Of a stretch of DNA of 64,000 bases, positions 59,816 to 64,000 are shown one piece after another. The notes under the pieces were generated by a model, which saw nothing but the letters and a program-made list of their open reading frames with translations, was not told where the DNA came from and did not search any database. Numbering within the stretch: position 1 is the first letter of the stretch; each line of letters begins with the position of its first letter. The translations under genes and the position numbers were made by a program. This stretch comes from an uncultured Gammaproteobacteria bacterium (GTDB lineage: Bacteria; Patescibacteriota; Patescibacteriia; 2-12-FULL-60-25): positions 33,458 to 97,457 of the forward strand of contig CAZKEE010000001.1 in the NCBI GenBank assembly GCA_964551765.1, read 5' to 3'.

Positions 59816-60370
59816 TTACTTGCCGTTCGCCTTGGCCATCAACTCGCTCAGTTTGGCCTCGTCAAGGGGACCGGTGAAACGGGCAGCCTCTTTGCCGGAG
59901 GCCGTGAAGGCGATGGTGGTGCGCTCGGACGTCACGTTCAAGGCCTTGGCCCAGGCCACGCCCTCGTCCGTCACTTGATTGTCCTTGAAGTTCACGCGCA
60001 ACAGGGGCGTGCCGAACTTCTTGCCATCGAACAATTTGACCAAGGCCTCATGCTCGGTGCGCTCATCCTTGTTCCAGTCGGCGTAGAAGTTCAACAGATA
60101 CGGCTTTTTCCCGTTCAGGTCGGCATAGCGCTCGGGCGTCTCGCGCATGTACTCGGAGCCGGCCGTGAAATCCGGGTCCACGTCCGTGACCTGGTCTTTC
60201 GGCAAAAGACCCGCGGCCGGGGGCGCGGCGGGAGCGGCAGGTTGCTTGGGCGGCTCGGGCGGCGCTTTGGGTTCTTGCTTGGCGCAACCGGCGCCGAGGG
60301 TGGCCACGGCCAGGCCGAGGACGGCGGCGCGCAGCAGGGGAGAGGAAGAAAAGGGTTTGGACATAGGCAT
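59816..60370 (-). CDS. Thioredoxin-like fold lipoprotein lacking the CxxC motif
   Basis: Lipobox LGAGC, Pro-rich linker. Trx-fold motif position reads FYADWNKD, not WCxxC. Confidence 0.5.
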   Translation of the reverse strand: MPMSKPFSSSPLLRAAVLGLAVATLGAGCAKQEPKAPPEPPKQPAAPAAPPAAGLLPKDQVTDVDPDFTAGSEYMRETPERYADLNGKKPYLLNFYADWNKDERTEHEALVKLFDGKKFGTPLLRVNFKDNQVTDEGVAWAKALNVTSERTTIAFTASGKEAARFTGPLDEAKLSELMAKANGK

Positions 60371-60608
60371 GGAATGATGATGTCAGTTTACTTTGCTGTC
60401 TTGGGAAGGGGAATGTTCTTGGCTTCGGCCGGGATGACCGGCGCGGTCTTGGGGGTCGGCGCCGGTCGCGGCGGAGGAGGCGGCGGCGTCGCCCGCGCGC
60501 AGCCCGCGCCAAACAAGGCCAAGGCGGCGAGCGGGATGAGAATGCTCCGTTTCAACTGCATGTTCCGGTGGATGGTGGCCAGTATAGCATGCTACACTCG
60601 CAACTATC

Positions 60609-61961
60609 ATGCGCATATCCTTCCATGGCGCGACGCGCGAGGTCACGGGCTCCTGTTATCTCCTCGAGGCGGGCAAAAGCCGCATCCTCATAGACTGCGG
60701 GATGTTCCAAGGAAGCGCGTTCGCCGACGCCAAGAACTTCCGCGACTTCGGCTTCGATCCCAAGACCATAGACGCGGTCATCGTGACCCATGCGCATCTC
60801 GATCATGTGGGCCGCATCCCCAAGCTCCTCAAGGATGGCTTCACGGGCAAGGTCTATGCCACGGGGCCCACGGCCAAATTGGCCGCCCTCGTCTTGGAAG
60901 ATGCCGAGAACATCATGGAGGACGATTATAAACGCGAGTTCCGTCCCAAATTGTTCGAACGTTCCGATGTCGAACGCGCCATCAAGGCCTTCACCACGGT
61001 GGATTATTCGCGTCGCGTCAAATTGGACGGCGTCTCGTTCCGTTTCCGCGATGCCGGGCACATCCTCGGCTCGGCCTTCATCGAGATCGAAGAGGTCGGC
61101 GGGCCGCGCGTGGCGTTCTCCGGCGATCTGGGCAATGTGGACGACCCCATCCTCAAACCCACGGCGCAATTGGCCGAACAGGACGTGCTCGTGGTCGAGT
61201 CCACCTATGGCAATCGCTTGCACGAGAACATGTCGCGCCGCGCGCATGAGCTGCGCGACGTCATCGCGGACGCCATAAAACAGAAGGGCGTCCTGCTCAT
61301 CCCGGCCTTCGCCATCGAACGCACCCAGCTCCTGCTCTATGAGATCAACCAATTGGTCGAGAACCGCCTCGTTCCCTCGGTCGAGGTCTATCTGGACAGC
61401 CCTTTGGCCATCAAGGCCTCGGCGGTGATGCAGGAATATCCGCAATACTACAATGCGAACGCGCTCAAATTGGTCTCGACGGGGGATGATCTCTTCACCT
61501 TCCCGGGTTTGCACATGACGCTCTCGCGCGACGAGAGCAAAGGCATCAATGAGGCGCCAAAGCCCAAGGTCATCATCGCGGGCTCGGGCATGATGAACGC
61601 CGGCCGCATCCTGCACCATCTCGTGCGGTATCTGGGCACCAAGAGCACGACGGTGCTCATCATCGGGTATCAGGCCTCGGGCACGCTCGGACGCAAGCTC
61701 TATACGGGCGAACGCAAGGTGGACGTCTTGGGCGAACGCATACAGGTGAAGGCGCGCGTCACCTCCATCGGCGCCTACAGCGCGCATGCGGACCAGCATC
61801 AGCTCGTGCGCTGGATCGCCGGGGCCGCGCGACCCCCAAAACAGGTCTATTGCACGCATGGCGAAGAAGATGCTTCGGCCGCGCTCGCCTCGCGTATCTC
61901 CGAGGACCTGGACATCAAGGCCGACGTGCCGCGCTTCGAACAGACCATCACCCTCTCCTAG
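60609..61961 (+). CDS. MBL-fold beta-CASP ribonuclease (RNase J / CPSF-like)
   Basis: HAHLDHVG metallo-beta-lactamase motif 2. beta-CASP region with ESTYG and the C-terminal His motif. Confidence 0.75.
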   Translation: MRISFHGATREVTGSCYLLEAGKSRILIDCGMFQGSAFADAKNFRDFGFDPKTIDAVIVTHAHLDHVGRIPKLLKDGFTGKVYATGPTAKLAALVLEDAENIMEDDYKREFRPKLFERSDVERAIKAFTTVDYSRRVKLDGVSFRFRDAGHILGSAFIEIEEVGGPRVAFSGDLGNVDDPILKPTAQLAEQDVLVVESTYGNRLHENMSRRAHELRDVIADAIKQKGVLLIPAFAIERTQLLLYEINQLVENRLVPSVEVYLDSPLAIKASAVMQEYPQYYNANALKLVSTGDDLFTFPGLHMTLSRDESKGINEAPKPKVIIAGSGMMNAGRILHHLVRYLGTKSTTVLIIGYQASGTLGRKLYTGERKVDVLGERIQVKARVTSIGAYSAHADQHQLVRWIAGAARPPKQVYCTHGEEDASAALASRISEDLDIKADVPRFEQTITLS

Positions 61962-61964
61962 TAT

Positions 61965-62888
61965 ATGAACTGGCTCCTCGTCGCCATCATCGGCCATATC
62001 GCGAACGGCATCGCCTTCGCGATAGATAAAAGCCTGCTGCGCTCCGCCTTCTCGCGCAGCGCCACCTATGCCGGCATCGTGGGCGGCCTCTCCTGCCTGG
62101 TGCTCCTCGCCGCCCCCTGGGTCACGATGTGGCCGACGGGCTCCGCCCTCGTGAACGGCCTCGTGAGCGGCGCCACCTTCGTGTTCGCGCTCTGGGCCTT
62201 TTTCGGCGCGCTCTCGCGCGGCGAGGCCAGCCGCATCGTGCCCATCGTGGGCTCCCTCATCCCGCTGCTCACCTTGGCGCAAGCGTATGTGTTCTTGCAC
62301 GAACGCCTGGGCACGGGCGTGTTCGTCGGCATCGGCCTGCTTGTCCTCGCGACCATCTTGCTCACCGTGGGCGGGTCTTCGGGACGACCGCCGATGAGCG
62401 CCGTGTATCTCGGCATGATCTCGGCCCTGCTGTTCGCCGTCTCATCCGTGACGGCCAAGGCCGTGTATGACGCGACGGGTTTCCTCGGCGGCTTCGTGAC
62501 CACGCGCGCCGCGGCGGCCGTCGCGGCCCTGCTTATCCTCATCGTCTTCGATCGCGTGGCAGGCGCCGAGGTCTGGGGCATGCTGCGACCGGCCAAGAAA
62601 GGGAAGGCGGGAGGCAAGCATCCGAGCACGTCGGCGGCCCTCGTCGCGCTCGTGGGCCAAAGCCTTGGCGCCATCGGCTTCGTGCTCGTGCAATGGGCCA
62701 CCTCGCAAGGCAGCCCGTCCGTGGTGAACGCGCTCCAAGCCGTGCAATACGCCTTTTTGGTCCTGCTCGCGCTCGCCTTGCGCAAGCGCGCCAAGACCTT
62801 GCTGGGCGAAGAACTGACGCGAGACACGCTCGCCATCAAGGCCGTGGCGCTGACCATCACCGCCATCGGCATGTATCTCATCGTATGA
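61965..62888 (+). CDS. EamA/DMT-family transporter
   Basis: Ten TM helices in two repeats. Confidence 0.65.
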   Translation: MNWLLVAIIGHIANGIAFAIDKSLLRSAFSRSATYAGIVGGLSCLVLLAAPWVTMWPTGSALVNGLVSGATFVFALWAFFGALSRGEASRIVPIVGSLIPLLTLAQAYVFLHERLGTGVFVGIGLLVLATILLTVGGSSGRPPMSAVYLGMISALLFAVSSVTAKAVYDATGFLGGFVTTRAAAAVAALLILIVFDRVAGAEVWGMLRPAKKGKAGGKHPSTSAALVALVGQSLGAIGFVLVQWATSQGSPSVVNALQAVQYAFLVLLALALRKRAKTLLGEELTRDTLAIKAVALTITAIGMYLIV

Positions 62889-63916
62889 CGATGTCCAAGC
62901 ATCCCTTGATACGGTTCTTGGCCGGCCTGGTCCTGCTCTGGATCGTCGGGTCCTTGGCCTTCCTCTTCGTCGGTTGGCCGAGCAAGACGCCGCACGCGGA
63001 ATTCGGGATGACCTATAGCGTGCCCTATAGCCAAGAGCTCGGCCTCGATCCCGACTACGTGCTCAAGACCGCGCTCGATGAGGTGAACATACGCCGCTTC
63101 CGCATCGCGGCCTATCGGAACCGTTTGGAGCCCAACCGCGGCGAATGGCATTGGGAAGAGCTCGATCACATCATCGACGAGATCGGCAAACGCCATGGCA
63201 AGGTCATCCTCGCGGCGGGGGAAAAGCTCCCGCGCTGGCCCGAATGCTGGAGCCCGCAATGGTGGAAGAAGCTCCCGCGCGTCGAGCAAGAGCAGGAGAC
63301 CCTTCATTATCTTGAGACGGTCGTGACGCGGTATCGGAACAACCCGACCATCGCGGGCTGGCAGGTGGAGAACGAACCGCATTTCTATTATGGCGATTGT
63401 CCCAAGCCGGACTATCTCTTCATCCAAAAAGAAACGGCCTTCGTGCGCGGCTTGGACCCGACGCGGCCCATCACGACCACGGATTCGGGCGAGCTCTCGA
63501 GCTGGCTGACCCTGGGACCTTTCGTGGACAGGCTCGGCGTGAGCGTGTACCGCACGGTGCGCAATCCGCTCTTGGGAGACCTCAATTGGCATTATTGGTT
63601 CCTCCCGCCGTATTTCTATGCCCGCAAGGCCATGCTGGCCCGACCGCTCGGGCTCGCAGGCATCTACGTGAGCGAGTTCCAGATGGAGCCGTGGAGCAAC
63701 AAGTCCCTCCCCGAGACCTCGGTGGCGGACCAGCTCACGAGCATGAACGTGGACCAGATGCACCGCAATTTCGAGTTCGCGACGCGCATGGGCATCACGC
63801 CCGTGGATTTTTGGGGCATCGAGTGGTGGTTGTGGATGCGCGACAAGGCCGGGCATCCCGAGTTCATGGACGAGGCCAAGCGTTTTTGGGCCGAGGCCGC
63901 GAAAGACGCGCATTGA
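62885..63916 (+). CDS. Membrane-anchored glycoside hydrolase, GH5-like (TIM-barrel, NEP acid/base motif)
   Basis: 4-nt overlap with the upstream gene. N-terminal TM. GWQVENEP catalytic motif and a later candidate nucleophile Glu. Confidence 0.55.
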   Translation: MTMSKHPLIRFLAGLVLLWIVGSLAFLFVGWPSKTPHAEFGMTYSVPYSQELGLDPDYVLKTALDEVNIRRFRIAAYRNRLEPNRGEWHWEELDHIIDEIGKRHGKVILAAGEKLPRWPECWSPQWWKKLPRVEQEQETLHYLETVVTRYRNNPTIAGWQVENEPHFYYGDCPKPDYLFIQKETAFVRGLDPTRPITTTDSGELSSWLTLGPFVDRLGVSVYRTVRNPLLGDLNWHYWFLPPYFYARKAMLARPLGLAGIYVSEFQMEPWSNKSLPETSVADQLTSMNVDQMHRNFEFATRMGITPVDFWGIEWWLWMRDKAGHPEFMDEAKRFWAEAAKDAH

Positions 63917-64000
63917 CCGGGGCGGGGAAAAGGGGTATACACGATACTTGCCCTTTCACCCCGGAGAACCCGCATGCGCATCGACCTGTCGTCCGTCATC

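Noticed and set aside
1-64000. Search for rRNA, transposase/integrase, CRISPR arrays or prophage genes
   Set aside because: None recognised. The only mobile element supported is the group I intron.

Overview
The window is high-GC (about 65%), densely packed bacterial chromosome with frequent 1-8 nt gene overlaps. It contains two sharply AT-rich insertions and one intron-split tRNA. Core genes include uvrB (5' partial), purH, dnaG-rpoD, aconitase-isocitrate dehydrogenase, greA, msrA and two msrB copies, a cold-shock protein, an ABC-F ATPase and a flotillin-like protein. A heavy-metal and redox block holds a P1B-ATPase, a Met-rich periplasmic protein, a Kef antiporter and a DoxX protein with Cys-rich tails. 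The main candidate for a new system is at 41.2-49.2 kb: a bufferin-like peptide cluster. A 122-aa signal-less precursor with eight cysteines in repeated Cx5C/CKGQGGC motifs sits 1 nt upstream of a DUF692/MNIO enzyme. The MNIO gene overlaps a DUF2063 partner by 8 nt, and that gene overlaps a cytoplasmic msrB by ATGA. Immediately downstream on the same strand are an ECF sigma factor, a membrane anti-sigma factor and two DUF5666-like paralogues bracketing a MacAB/HlyD-type exporter. Second, a tRNA-Asn(GUU) gene is split in the anticodon loop by a 558-nt group I intron that carries an HNH homing endonuclease and shows recognisable P7 core motifs. Other notable loci are a low-GC subtilisin island, a low-GC orphan membrane ORF wedged 3 nt after uvrB, a mini caspase-like peptidase divergent from an unknown 541-aa protein next to flotillin, and a secreted MsrB-DsbA pair. 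Every gene of 200 aa or more is shadowed by a long antisense ORF; these are GC-composition artefacts and were rejected. No CRISPR array, rRNA or transposase was seen. All functional assignments come from reading the translated ORFs and motifs by eye; no database search was run.
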